A DNA stretch of 64,000 nucleotides. Origin: the human T2T-CHM13v2.0 reference genome, Homo sapiens. Positions 12,308-25,683 of the stretch are shown here, one piece after another. Within the stretch, counting starts at the first letter, position 1. Every line of letters begins with the position of its first letter. The stretch lies in the NCBI RefSeq assembly GCF_009914755.1, contig NC_060927.1; one strand, 5' to 3'. The position numbers and the translations under genes are program-made. The notes under the pieces are model-generated. The model had not been told where the DNA came from and ran no database searches. It was given only the letters and a program-made list of their open reading frames with translations.

Positions 12308-14244
12308 ACTTAGATGGTAATTTTGGTGAATTGATGGCAATGCTAGAAATCTAAAACAGAGCAAGAGCGGTGAAGATTATCTGACGGGCTCATCAGTAGA
12401 CTCAACCCAAGGAAATAATCAGTGACCTTAAAGAGACATAAGCAGAACTTCCTGAACTAAAATGCAAGGAGAAGACAAGACGAAAAAGAAAAACAAACAA
12501 ACAAACAGAATAAAACAGAATAGCCAATAGTTATGGGACAATTTCAAAAGATGTAATATTACAGAATGCCAGAATATAAAGAAAGACAAAAGAAATATTT
12601 GAAGTAATAATGGCCAAGAAATTTCCAAAATTAATTATAGACAACAAACCACAGATCAAGGAAGCTCAGAGATAACCCGCAGAATAAATAACCTCCCTCT
12701 CCTCCCTCCAAAAACAAAAACTATCTATAGGCATATCATATTCAAGCTGCAGAAAGCCAAATGCAAAGAGAAAATCTTGAAAGTAACCAGAAAGAAATAA
12801 AATGCTTTACCTATATAGGAACAAGGATAATAATTACAGCGGACTTCTCACCAGAAACTATGCAAGCAATATTTAAAATATTTAAAGTAACAAAAAGCAA
12901 AATATTTAAAGTGTTAAAAGAAAAAAAACCTGGAATTCTATATCAAAATACATTATCCTTCATAAATGAAAGAAAAATATTTTATAAAACAAAAACTGAG
13001 GGACTTCATTGCCAGCATATCTATCATGTAAAAAATGTGTAAAGATTGTCTTTAGATAGAATGAAAGCTATGTAAGCCGGATACTTTAGTCTACATTAAA
13101 AAGGAAGAGCAAGGGAGAATAATAAATAAAGAAAAAATAAATATTGTATTTTTCATATTCTTAATTGATTAAAAGATAACTATTGCGTATTTATTGTTAC
13201 TAAATAATAACAATTTCTATCTTCTGGATAACTAGAAGAATGACAGCAACGTCACAAGAGATGCAAGGGACAAATCAGGACTACATGTGAAATGGAATAC
13301 TTTCATTTGAAGGTGAACTTAGATCTGTTGAAATTTTATATTGTAAACTCTAGGACAACCACTAACAATATTTGTAAAAGTAAGATAATACGCTAAGAGA
13401 GAAAAGAAAATGGAATTATATAAAATGCTCAATTAAAATGAAAGAAGGCAGAAAAGACAGCTTTTGGCAACAAATAAAAAACAGTAAAAACATGGTTGCT
13501 ATTAATCCAAGTATATTAATAATCACTTTAAAGACAAATGATCCATATATACTAATTAAAAGACACACATTGTTAGAGTGAATTAACAAACAGAACTGAA
13601 CTATATGTTGCATACAAGAAATTTACTTTACATATAGACTCTGATAGGATAAATGTAAAGGGATGGAAAAAGATATACCATGCTAACACTGATCCAAAGA
13701 AAGCTGAAGTAACTCGATTAATTTGAGACAATGCAGACTTCAGAATAAGAAAAATGCCATGGATAAACAAGGCAATGATTAAATGATACAGGGACTGATT
13801 ATCCAAAAAGTCACAACAATCCTAACAATAGAGCATCAAACCATGTGAGGCAAAAACTGATAGAACTTTAAGGCAAAATAGATAAACTTACTATTATAGT
13901 TGGAGACTTAAACATCTATCTTTCAGCAATTGATAGATCAAGCAGGCAGAAAATCAGTAAAGATTTAGTTGACCTAAACAGCAATATCAGTCAATTTTTT
14001 CTAACTGGCATTTGTGGAATATGCTATTCAACAACACTAGAATATACTTTCTTCTTTGGATCACACAAAATGTTCAACAAGTTAGATCACATTCTGGGCC
14101 ATAAAGCACATCTTACCAAATTTAAAAGTATAGATATCACACAAAGTATCAGCTCAGACAACAATGGAATTAAAACTAGAGATCAATAACAGAAAGAAAG
14201 ATATCTGAAAAATCATCAAATATTTGGAAATTAAACAATACACC

Positions 14245-16680
14245 TTTTTTTAAAGTTCCAGGATATATGTGCAGGATGTGCAGGTTCTTTACATAGGAAA
14301 ACATGTGTCATGGTAGTTTGTTGCACCTATCAACCCATCACCTAGGTATTAAGCCCTGCACGCATTAGCTATTTATCCTGATGCTCTCCCTCCCTGCACT
14401 CCCTTAACAGGCCCCAGTGTGTGTTGTTCACCTCCCTGTGTCCACGTGTTCTCATTGTTCAGTTCCCACTTAGGAGTGAGAGCATGTGGTGTTTGGTTTT
14501 CTGTTCCTGTGACAGTTTGCTGAGGATGATGGCTTCCAGCTTCATCCATGTCCCGCAAAGGAATGATCTCATTCCTTTTTATGGCTGCATAGTATTCCAT
14601 TGTGTATATGTATCACATTCTCTATATTCAGTTTATCATTGATGGGTAATTGGGTTCATTCCATGTATTTGCTATTGTGAATAGTGCTGCAATGAATATA
14701 TACATGCATGTATCTTTGTAATAGAATGGTTTATATTCTTTTGGGTATATACCAAGTAATGGGATTGCTGGGTCAAATGGTATTTCTGGTTCTAGATCCT
14801 CGAGGAATCGCCACAGTTTCTTTTACAATGGTTGAACTACAGTTACCATTGTTACCAACAGTGTAAAAGCGTTCCTATTTCTCCACAGCCTCACCAGCAT
14901 CTGCTGTTTCTTGACTTTTTAATAATTGCCATTCTAACTGGTGTGAGATGGTTTCTCATTGTGGTTTTGATTTGCAGGTCTCTAATGATCAGTGATGTTG
15001 AGCTTTTTTTCATATGTTTGTTGGTCATATGAATGTCTTCTTTTGAGAATGTCTGTTCCTGTCATTTGCCCACTTTTGGATGGGGTTGTTTGCTTTTTTC
15101 TTGTAAATGTGTTTAAGTTCCTTGTAGATTCTGGATATTAGACCTTTGTCAGATGGGTAGATTGCAAAAGTATTCCCCCATTCTGTAAGTTGTGTGTTCA
15201 CTCTGATGATAGTTTCTTTTGCTGTGCAGAAGCTCTTTAGTTTAATTAGATCTCATTTGTCAATTTTGGCTTTTATTGCAATTGCTTTTGGCATTTTTGT
15301 TATGAAGTCTTTGCCCATGCCTATGTTCTGAATGGTATTGCCCAGATTTTCTTTTAGGGTTTTTATGGTTTTGGGTTTTACATTTAAGTCTTTTATCAAT
15401 CTTGAGTTAACTTTTTGTATAAGGTATAAGGAAGGGGTCCAATTTCAGTTTTCTGAATATGGCTAGCCAGTTTTCCCAGCACCATTTATTAAATAGGTAA
15501 TACTTTCCTCATTACTTGTTTTAGTCAGGTTTGTTGAAGATCAATATCCCTGATGAACATCAATGTGAAAATCTTCAATAAAATACTGGCAAACTGACTC
15601 CAGCAGCACATCAAAAAGCTTATCCACCACAATCAAGTCAGCTTTTTCCCTGGGGTACAAGGCTGGTTCAACATACGCAAATCAATTAATGCAATTCATC
15701 ACATAAACAGAACTAATGACAAAAACCACATGATTATCTCAATAGATGCAGAAAAGGCCTTTGATCAATTCAACATCCCTTCATGTTAAAAACTCTCAAT
15801 AAACTAGCTATTGATCGAACATATCTCAAAATAATAAGAGACACTTATGATAAGCCCATAACCAATATCATACTGAATGGGCAAAAGCTGGAAGCATTCC
15901 CTTTGAAAATCAGCACAAGACAAGGATGCCCTCTGTCACCACTCCTATTCAACATAGCATTGGAAGTTCTGGCCAGGGCAATCAGGCAACAGAAAGAAAT
16001 AAGGTGTATTCAAATAGGAAGAGAGGAAGTCAAATTGCCTCTGCTTGCAGAAGATACAATCTTATATCTAGAAAATCCCATTTTCTTAGCCCAAAAGCTC
16101 CTTAAGCTGATAAGCAACTTTAGCAAAGTCTTAGGCTACAAAATCAATGTGCAAAAATCATAAGCATTCCTTTACACCAACAATAGACAAACAGAGAGCC
16201 AAATCATGAATGAACTCCCATTCACAATTGCTACAAAGAGAACAAAATACCCAGGAATACAGCTAAAAAGAGATGTGAAGGACATCTCCAAGGAGATCTA
16301 CAAACCACTGCTCAAGGAAATAAGAGATGACACAAACAAACGGAAAAACATTGCATGCTCATGGATAGAAAGAATCAATATCATGAAATGGCCATACTGC
16401 TCAAAGTAATTTATAGATTCAATGCTATTCCCATTAAATTACTATTGACATGCTTCACAGAATTAGAAAAAAACTACCTTAAAATTGATATGGAACCACA
16501 AAAGAGCTTGTATAGCCAAGACAATACTAAGCAAAAAAAAAAAAAAAAGCCGTAGGCATTACGCTACCCAACTTCAAACTGTACTACAAGGCTACAGTAA
16601 CCAAAACAGCATGGTACTGGTACCAAAACAGACACATAGACCAATGGAACAGAATAGAGATCTCAGAAATAAGACCACAT
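14245..16680 (-). mobile_element. L1PA, 5'-truncated and 5'-inverted (twin-primed): 3' part on minus 14245-15543, inverted ORF2 part on plus 15544-16680
   Basis: T tract plus antisense L1PA 3' UTR at left; orientation flips at GTTGAAGATCA|ATATCCCTGATGAAC; plus part encodes [25 protein letters not shown]. Confidence 0.93.
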
Positions 16681-16689
16681 CAACACACT

Positions 16690-17550
16690 TTTATTTATTT
16701 ATTTTTTATAATTTTAATTTCTACTTCCATTTTAGATTCAGGGAGTACATGTGCAGGCTTATTACATGGGTATACAACATGATGCTGAGGTTTGGGGTAC
16801 AAGTGATCCCATAATCAGATCGTGAGCATGGTAGCCAGTAGGTGGTTTTTAAACCATTTCCCTCTTCCCACCCCCACATAGCTTCCAGTGTCTATTTTTC
16901 CCATCTTTATGTTCATGAGTACCCAATGTTTAGCTCCCACTTACAAGTGAGAACATGTAGTATTTGGTTTTCTATTTCTGTATTAATTTACTTAGGATGA
17001 TGGCCTCAAGTTGCATCCACACTTCTGCAAAGGACATGATTTCATTCTTTTTTATGATTGCATACTATATTCCATGGTGTACATATATCATATATTCTTT
17101 ATCCAGTCCACCACTGATGGGCACCTAGGTTGATTCCATGTCTTTTCTACTGTGAATCATGCTGCCACGAACATGTGCGTGTCTTTTGGGTAGAATGATT
17201 TATTTCTTTTGGATATATACCCAGTAATGGAATTGCTGGGTTGAATGGTAGCTCTATTTTAAGTTCTTTGAGAAATCTCCAGACTTTTCCACAGTGGCTG
17301 AACTAATTTAGATTCCCACCAATCTTGTATTAGGGTTTCCTTTTGTCTGCATCCTTGCTAGGATATGTTTTCTGACTTTTTAGTAATAGCCATTCTGATT
17401 GGTGTGTAATGTTACCTCACTGTGATTTTGATTTGCATTTCTTTGATGATTAATGATGTTGAACTTTTTTTATGTTTATTGGCCTATTGTATGTCTTCTT
17501 TTGAGGAGTGTCTGTTAATGTCTTTTGCCGCCTTTTTAACGCGGTTATTT
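16690..17550 (-). mobile_element. Older primate L1 3' end (L1PB/L1PA15-16-like)
   Basis: T-rich tail then TTTTAGATTCAGGGAGTACATGTGCAGG..., antisense 3' UTR; flanked by CAACACACTTTT repeats. Confidence 0.88.
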
Positions 17551-17885
17551 ACAACACACTTTTAAATAACATTGGTCAATGAAATCTCAAGATAAAATAA
17601 ACAGTATTTGAATTAAAGGAAAATTGTAATACAATTTATCAAAATTTGAGGGATTGAACCAAAGCAGTAGTTAGAAGACAATTTATAGCATTAAATGTAT
17701 ATATTAGAAAAGAAGAAAGATCTAAACCCACTCACCTAAATTTCCACCTAAGTAAACTAAAGAAGAAAGAGCATCTAAGTCTAAAAAGCAAACAGGAGAA
17801 AATAAGTAATAAAAATTTGAGCAGAACAATGAACTTGAAAATAGGAAAACAATAGTAAAAATTAATGAAAACAAAAGCTAATTCT

Positions 17886-18185
17886 GGCCTGGCATGGTGG
17901 CTCACACCTATAATCCCAGCACTTTGAGAGGCCGAGATGGGAGGTTCACTTGAGCCCAGGAGTTTGAGACCCAGAGTAAGCAACATAGTGAAGCCCCGTC
18001 TCTACAAAATAAAAATAAATTAAAAAAAAATAGCAGGCATGGTGGTGTGCACCAATGGTCCCAGCAACTCAGGAGACTCAGGTGGGAGGATTGCTTGAGC
18101 CCAGGAGGTCAAGGATACAGTTAGCCATGATCACACCACTGCACTCCAGCCTGAGTGACAGAGTAAGACCCTTTCTCAAAAAATA
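17886..18185 (+). mobile_element. Alu (AluJ-like)
   Basis: CTTGAGCCCAGGAG in both arms; TSD AAGCTAATT. Confidence 0.93.
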
Positions 18186-18466
18186 TTTTTAAGCTAATTA
18201 TTTGAAAACATCAATAAAGTTTATGAACTTTTTGCCAAGTAACTATAAAAAAGGAAGAAGACAACAATTAATATTAAAAATGAATTAAAGAGCATTACTA
18301 CTGTTCCCAAGGATATTAAAATAAAAAGAAAAGAAATAGCATGAACAATTTTTGGCCCCAAAACTGATTATTTAAATGAAATGAACAATTGCTTGAAAGA
18401 TACACATTATTAAAACTCACTGGAGAAATAAGTAGCATTAGTCCTAAATCCATTAAGATCAATAAT

Positions 18467-18873
18467 TGCTACAGAATGATTGTTTGTGACTTACCCCCAC
18501 CATGACCCCCAATTATGTGTTGACTCCTAACCACAATGTGATGACATTTGAGATTTAATTTTGGGAGGAAATTAGGATTAGATGAGGTCCTGAGGGTGGG
18601 GCCCTCATAATGGCATTTGTGCTTTGTAAGAAGAAACACAAGAGAACTTGCCTCTCCCCTCCTCTCCTCTTTTCTCCTCTCTTCCATATGAGGACACAGT
18701 TAAGTGAAAAGGCAGTCATCTGCAAGACAGAAGAGAGCCCTCATCAGGAACCCAACCATACTGGCACCCTCTCTTCAGATTTCCAGCCTCCAGAACTGGG
18801 AGAAAACAAATTTCTATTGTTAAAGCCATTCAATCTATTGTATTCTTTACGGCAGCTCAAGTAGGTTAATACA
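18467..18873 (+). mobile_element. MaLR solo LTR (MLT1A/MST-like)
   Basis: TG...CA termini, TTAGATGAGGTCCTGAGGGTGGGGCCCTCAT, GATTTCCAGCCTCCAGAACTG. Confidence 0.85.
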
Positions 18874-19577
18874 ATAAATAATGACTTTATGAAAAAGAAA
18901 GCACCAGGCCCAGATGTTTTCACCAGTAAATCCTACCAAACATTTATGATACCAATTCTTCTAAATCGCTACCAGAAAATAGAAGCTGGAGAAAGATTAC
19001 TAACTCATTCTCTGAGGTCAGTACTGCATTAACACCAAAACTAGATGAAAACATTACAACAAATTTTTGTTGATATTGAACCTTAAGAACAATATCTATC
19101 ATGAACATGCAAAAATCTTCAACAAAATTGTAGCAAATTAAATCCAACATTGTATAAAAATTAAATCCAACATTGTATAAGAATAATTATATACCAAGAC
19201 CAAATGGGATTTATGCCAAATATGGAAGACTGATTCCAAATTTTTAAATCTATCACTGTAATGAACCACATTAACAAACACAAGAAAAATCATATGACCA
19301 TATAAATCAACACACAAAAACATTTGACAAAATCCAGCATCAAATCATGATTAGAACTCTCACCAAACTAAAAATAGAAGGAAACTCCCCTAATTTGAGA
19401 AAGAATGAGGCTACAATAAACCCACGGTTAACATGATACTTAAAGATAAAGAACTGGTCAATTTCTCCCTAAGCTCAGGAACAAGACAAAGATGTCCTTT
19501 CTTAACACTCCTATTCAGTATTGTACTGGAAGTCCTAGCTAGTTCAATAAGGCAAGAAACAGAAATAAAAGGTATAT

Positions 19578-19938
19578 TGCCATGGTCTAAATGTTTATAT
19601 CCCCTCAAAATTCATATATTGAAATCCTCACCCCTAAGGTGAAAATATTGGAAAGTGGGGCCTTTGAGAGGTGATTTAGATCATGGGGACAGTGCCTTCA
19701 TTTGGGAGATTAGTACCCTTATAAAAGAGGCCTGAGAAACATCCCTCACATCTTTCACCGTGTGAGGTTAGAGAGAGAAGACAGCTGTCGATGAGGAAGA
19801 GGGCCCTCATCAGCCACTAAATCTGCCTGCACTTGATCTTGGACTTCCTATCCTTCAGAGCTGAGAAATAAATTTCTGTTGTTTATAAAATACACACTTC
19901 ATGATATTTTGCTATAGCAGCCCAAATAGAATAAGACA
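19578..19938 (+). mobile_element. MaLR solo LTR (MLT1A0-like)
   Basis: TG...CA termini, 5-bp TSD TATAT, CCCTTATAAAAGAGGCC, TTGATCTTGGACTTCC, GAGAAATAAATTTCTGTTGTTTATAA. Confidence 0.88.
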
Positions 19939-20112
19939 TATATAGATCAGAAAGGAAAAAATAAAACTCTTTCTGTTTACAGATGACATGATTGTCTATA
20001 CTGAAAATCCAAAAAATCAACAACAAAACTCCTGAAACCAATAAGTAAGTCTGGCAATGACACAGGATATGAGGTTAATATACAAAAGACAAATGCTTTC
20101 CTATACATATGT

Positions 20113-20605
20113 ATACAAATTACCCCAAATGCAGTGACTTAAAACAATACGAATGTATCTTCTTACGGTTCTGGAGGGTGGAAGTATGAAATTGTTTTAG
20201 ATGAGCTAAAATCAAGGTGTTAGCAAGGCTGCATTCCTTCTGGGGACTCTATGGAAAAATCCATCTACTTGCCTTTTTCAGTTCCTAGAGGCCACCTGCA
20301 TTTTGTGGCTCATGGACTCAACCTATTTTCTGAATGAGGAGCACCACATCTGCAAAGCTTTCTTTGATTCTCTGGACTCTCTTTCCATCATTACATCTCC
20401 TTTTCTGATTCTGACTCTTCTGCCTCGCTCTTGTAAGTATCCTAATGATTACATTGGATCCACCTAGATAAGCCAGGATAATCTCCCCATCTCAAAATCC
20501 TTAATCACATCTGCAAAATACACTTTGCAATTTAAGGTTAAATATTCACAGATTCAGGGCATTAAGACATGGACATCTTTGGAGGCCATTTTTCTGACTA
20601 CCACA
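20113..20605 (-). mobile_element. MaLR LTR (MLT1C/D-like)
   Basis: GACTTAAAACAA...GTTCTGGAGG...TAATCACATCTGCAAA...GACATGGACATCTTTGGAGGCCATT...CTACCACA. Confidence 0.82.
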
Positions 20606-21557
20606 ACCAGCAATGAATAATTGAAATCTAAAATTTAAAAAATAATATCATTTATGTTAGCACTTCCCAAAATCAAATAGGTGTATGTCTAACAATATAT
20701 ATGAGAGCTGTATGTATAAAACTACAAAACTCTATGAAAGTAATCAAAGAAGATGTAAATAAATGGGGAAAGATTCTATGTTTATGGATTAGAAGATCCA
20801 ATATTATGAAGATACCAAGCCATCCCAACTTGATCTATAGATTTAATGCAATCCCAATTAGAATCCCAACAAACTATTTTCCAGAAACCAACAGACTCTG
20901 AAGTTTATATGGAAAAGCAAAAGACCCCAGTGTAGCCAGCACAGTACTGAAGAGGAACAACCTAGAAGACTTGCATTATCAAATTCCAACGCTTGCATAA
21001 GACCACAGTAATACAGACTGTGATCTTGGCAAAAGAATAGACACACAATTCAATGGAGCAAAAAAGAAAGCGCAGATAGAGCCACATAAATACAGTCAAC
21101 TGGTTTTTGACAAAGTAGCAAAAACAATTCAATGGATAAAGGGTATTCTTTTTAAAAAAATATAGTGCTGGAATGTGCACACGCCACAGAAAATGAATCC
21201 AGACACAGACTTATACCTTTCACAAAAAGGAAGTCAAAATGGATTGTAAATCTAAATGTAAAATTTAAAGCTTTAAAATTTCTTGAAGGAAACAGCAGAA
21301 AAATCTACATGATCTCAGGTTTGGTGATGAGATTTTAAATATAATACCATTAACATTATCTGTGAAAGGAAAATTTGGTAAGTTGGACTTCATTAAAATT
21401 AAAAATTTCTCTGTGATAGACACTGTTAAAACAATGCAAAAAGAAGCCAATGACTTGAAGAGACTATTTGCAAAACTCTGATATTGGACTTGCATTTTAA
21501 AATACACAAAAATTTCAACAATAAGAAAACTAACAAAATTTTTAAAATGAGCATATA

Positions 21558-21893
21558 TTAAAAAAAAATCATGTCCTTTGCAAAAACATGGATGCAGATG
21601 GAGGCCATTATCCTAAGACAATTAGTGCAGGAAGAGAAACCTAAATGCCACATGTTCTCACTTATAAATGGAAGCTAAAGATTGGGTACTAGGGAACGTA
21701 AAGATGACAGCAATAGACACTAGGGACTGTTAAAGGGGGAAGGGTGGGGCAAGGGCTGAAAAACTACCTATTGGATACTAAGCTCACTACCTGGGTGATG
21801 GGATCATTTCTACCCAAACCGTAGCATCACTTAATGTATCCATGCAACAAACCTGCACTGTACCCCATGAATCTAAAATAAAAGTTGAAATTA
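21558..21893 (+). mobile_element. L1PB-like 3' end fragment
   Basis: ATCATGTCCTTTGCA...CCCCATGAATCTAAAATAAAAGTTGAAA; TSD-like TTTAAA(A)TG(A/G)GCATA on both sides. Confidence 0.85.
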
Positions 21894-23790
21894 TTTTTTT
21901 AAATGGGCATAAAATATGATTAGAAACCTCACCAAAGGAGACATACAGATAGCAAATAAGCATAGGATAAGATAATTTGTCATTAGAGAATTATAAATTA
22001 AAACAAAAATGAGATACCACTATAGATCCATTAGAAAGACTAAAATCTGAACTGACAGTACCAATTGCTGGTAAGGGTGGAGAGCAACAACTCTTTCCAT
22101 CATTGCTATTCAGAATGCAAAATGGTGCAGCTGCTTTGGATGACCACTGTGATTTCTTACAACACAAAATACAGTTTTACCATATGATCTCGCAATTGCA
22201 CTCCTCAGCATTTATCCAACTGATTTGAAATCTCATGTCCATACAAAAACCTGAATGTAAATGATGATAGCAATTTTATTCACAATCACCAAAAAGTGGA
22301 AGCAACCAAGATGATCTCTAATAGGTGAATGGATAAACTGCAGTCACCCATAAAAAGGAATATTATTCGGCAATAAAAAGAAATAAGCTACAAATTCACA
22401 TAAGGACTTGAATGAATTTTAAATACACGCTGCTAAGTGGAAAAGTTAATATAGAAAAGCTATATACTATATGATTTCAATTTTATGACATTCTGGAAAA
22501 AGTAGAACTATGGAGGGAATAAATGGATCAATATTTGCCAGGGGTTCAGTGGCAGAGGGGGATTGAATAGGTGAAGCATGGGATATTTTTTAGGATATAA
22601 AACTATTCTGTATAATACAATAATTCTGAATATAAGATATTAAACATTTATCAAATCCAGAGAAATTTACAACACAAGGAGTAGGCCTTGACATATGTAA
22701 ATTTTTAAAAACTCATTTAAGAGATTGGGGAATAACAGGATGGAATCAACCTCACTAAAGGGGATGGTGGAATAAAGTGCTGACCTAAGTAATTTTGGAA
22801 AGAATAAAGGCAAAAGGAACTATAGTCAGCACTGTACTTCCATTGATAGAATTGATTCCTACAAAGCTACAGGTTAATAATTCTTAAGCCAATATACACT
22901 TATATTGGAAGTGAACAATTATGTAAATGGTTGATGGATGGTGAGCCAAGTGGATGATGGAAGGAGAGGTTAAAGATAAGCAAGGAGAGGTTAAAGATAA
23001 GCAAGGGAAGGAGGCCCATATGGTAATGAATTAGAGTTGGAGACATCAATATGAACCAATGTTTAGCTTAATAAAGATATCTACATATGGAAACATTTAT
23101 AGATACATGTCCATTCATACACATACATAGGTTTCCTTACTCGGTCAGCTAAGAAGACCTGGAAGGAAGGAGACCACAGTAGCAAAGAACAGACCTAGTA
23201 TCCAAACCTTGATTTCTAACATCATTCTTTAATCAAAGGAACCAGAACTCCCTAGAGAAATGGCTGATTCTAGGACAGGGGTAAGTTTATACTAGATGAG
23301 CCTTGAGCATCTTGTAGTACCCAAACAAACAAACAAAAAGACAACGATATAGTTATGTCAAAGGGATATAGAAACCAACGGAAAGAGGTCCCGGTGGCCA
23401 AACCTGGAATAATTTGAGTAATAAAGTAAACCAAATTAGTATTGAATTATAGCCCAAAGTATAAAATAATATCCATGAGTTTATGCTGATGTAAATCAAT
23501 TATTTGAATAAATAAATAAACAAAAAAAGATTAAAATATATAAATGAAGTTACAGACATGCTAGAAAAAAATCTTAAAACTTTTTATTCCCATAAACTAG
23601 AAGTGAAGAAGTTAATTGAGACGCATAAGCAATAAGATAAAATAGATTTGAATACTGCATAAAAATTTGATATTTCTATATGACAAAAATGATCATAAAT
23701 TGAAGTGAAAGTAAAAATAATATTTGGAGCAAACAATTTAAAATTTCATTACGTAGGACTGAATTCCCTAATATATAGAAATACATTTTA

Positions 23791-24085
23791 GGCCAGATGC
23801 AGTGTCTCACTCCTGTAATCCCAGCACTTTGGGATGCGGAGGTGGGTGGATCACTTGAGGCCAGGAGTTCAAGACCAGCCTGGCAAACATGCTGAAGCCC
23901 CTTCTCTGCTAAAAACACAAAAATTAGCTGGTCATGGTGGTGCACGTCTGTAGTCCCAGATACTTGGGAGGCTGAGACACAAGGATCGCTTGAACCCAGG
24001 AGGCTGCACTGAGCCGAGACTGTACTACTGCACTCCAGCCTGCACAACAAAGCGAGACCCTGTCTCAGAAAATAAAATAAAATAT
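23791..24085 (+). mobile_element. Alu (old, small right-arm deletion), inside an L1ME-like remnant (~23540-24545)
   Basis: Alu consensus match. Confidence 0.92.
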
Positions 24086-24553
24086 ATATTTTAAATGATC
24101 AAGAAAAAGGAAAATGTTACCTAAAAATGGACAAAGAGTATACACAGATAGATCACAGGAAAGCAATGCATAAGGATTTTAATTATATTAAAGGATGTTT
24201 AGCTTCAGGGACAAAAGAAATACCAACTACTCTAGAATGAAAATTCTATTATTGTAAACTAGTTTCTCAAAGGTGAAAATATAGTAGGTAATGTACTATG
24301 TTGGTAATATTAGTGGAAACAAGTATTCTTATACATTGTACTTTTATGGCATACAATTGAGTAACATATAAAATTTTAAATGCATATACCTTTGATTCAG
24401 AAATTCCACCTAAAATAACATTCAAATGATGTATTTACATGTGTATACAAAAAAATCATGTAAAGGATGGTCATAACAATATTGTTTATACTAGAAGAAC
24501 TTAAGTGAAATATGTGTATAGGAATCTATTACTATGTAAAATTTGTTTAAGTA

Positions 24554-24582
24554 TACACACACACACACACAAACACACACAC
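24554..24582 (+). repeat. (CA)n microsatellite, interrupted
   Basis: Directly visible. Confidence 0.9.
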
Positions 24583-24628
24583 CCTTCATCACACATCAAC
24601 TTGAATGTACTTTAAAATAATAGATTTC

Positions 24629-24927
24629 GGCTGGGCGCAATGACTCACACCTGTAATCCCAAGACTTTGGGAGGCTGAGGTGGATCACGAGGTCAGGAGT
24701 TCGAGACCAGCCTGAACAACATGGTGAAACCCCGTCTCTACTAAAAATGCAAAAATTTGCTGGGCTTGTTGGTGCGCACCTGTAATCCCAGCTACTCAGC
24801 AGGCTGAGGCAGGAGAATCGCTTGAACTCAGGAGGCTAAAGTTGCAGTGAGTCGAGATCGTGCCACTGCACTCCAGCCTGGGCAACAGAGGGACACTCCA
24901 TCTTAAAAAAAAAAAAAAAAAAAAAAG
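24629..24927 (+). mobile_element. Alu (AluS-like)
   Basis: Full dimer, long A tail, TSD AATAGATTT. Confidence 0.95.
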
Positions 24928-25044
24928 AATAGATTTTGATTTTTATGTATATTCTGTTTTAGAGCTGTAATTATTGCCTGGCTTGATGTGGGAAAGACCC
25001 AATAAATCAATAATACTTAAGCATGAATGATTTATATTATCTAA

Positions 25045-25620
25045 TGTGTCAGTCAAGGCAGGCTGGATCCTGCTATAGTAAACAAGCAATGTTACAATTT
25101 TAGAAGCCTAAAACAACAAAGGTTTGTTTCTTGCTCCTGCTACATGACATGCAATATAGTCTTTCACCACTAGTCACAATCCATCCATTCATTTCTTTCT
25201 TCCATGTATTTTTCACATTTCTTAAAATTGTAGTGAAGGGCACAGGCAGGGCATTTATAGCATGATGAATCATGGTGGATCTTGCCTCACTTTCTCAGAC
25301 ATTAGATTCAGTTTGTAGACCTTAGTAGGTCAGCCTTGAGCTTGCTTCACACCATTCTTGCTCAGTGACTCCAGCTAACGGTGATGTCATCATCTCAACC
25401 ATGATGAGGCATTCTGACAGAAGGTTGAGAAGAAGGCAAATCATAACTGGTAGTGATACATATCACTTTCACTAACATTTTATTGACTGGCATGTTCTAT
25501 GGCAAATTCTTCTGTGCTCCTAAGGATGAAGAAGTGTGTACTCCTAAGGATGAAGAAGTGTATCCTACTATTTTGCCAGAAAATAGAAAATCAGAATATT
25601 AGTGAACAAGCACTTAAATT
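25045..25620. mobile_element. Degenerate old MaLR (MLT1J/K/L-like) LTR
   Basis: TGTGTCAGTCAAGG...TGCTATAGTAAACAA...AAAACAACAAAGGTTTGTTTCTTGCTC. Confidence 0.4.
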
Positions 25621-25683
25621 TAAATGACCTCTGAATCCTTAATCCCATCTACTACTGCCTCCTTGATAGCATTTTTTTATATA

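Larger units (their letters stand above)
11900..23530 (+). mobile_element. Ancient near-full-length L1M (L1MC/MD-type): 5' remnant, decayed ORF1, ORF2 and long 3' UTR, split by at least 8 younger insertions
   Basis: Collinear pieces: ORF1-like GTRIIITADFSPETMQA (12761-13042), endonuclease region 13.5-14.2 kb, RT-like [23 protein letters not shown] (19433-), [14 protein letters not shown] (20701-), 3' UTR 22.3-23.5 kb; sequence resumes correctly after each insert. Confidence 0.85.
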
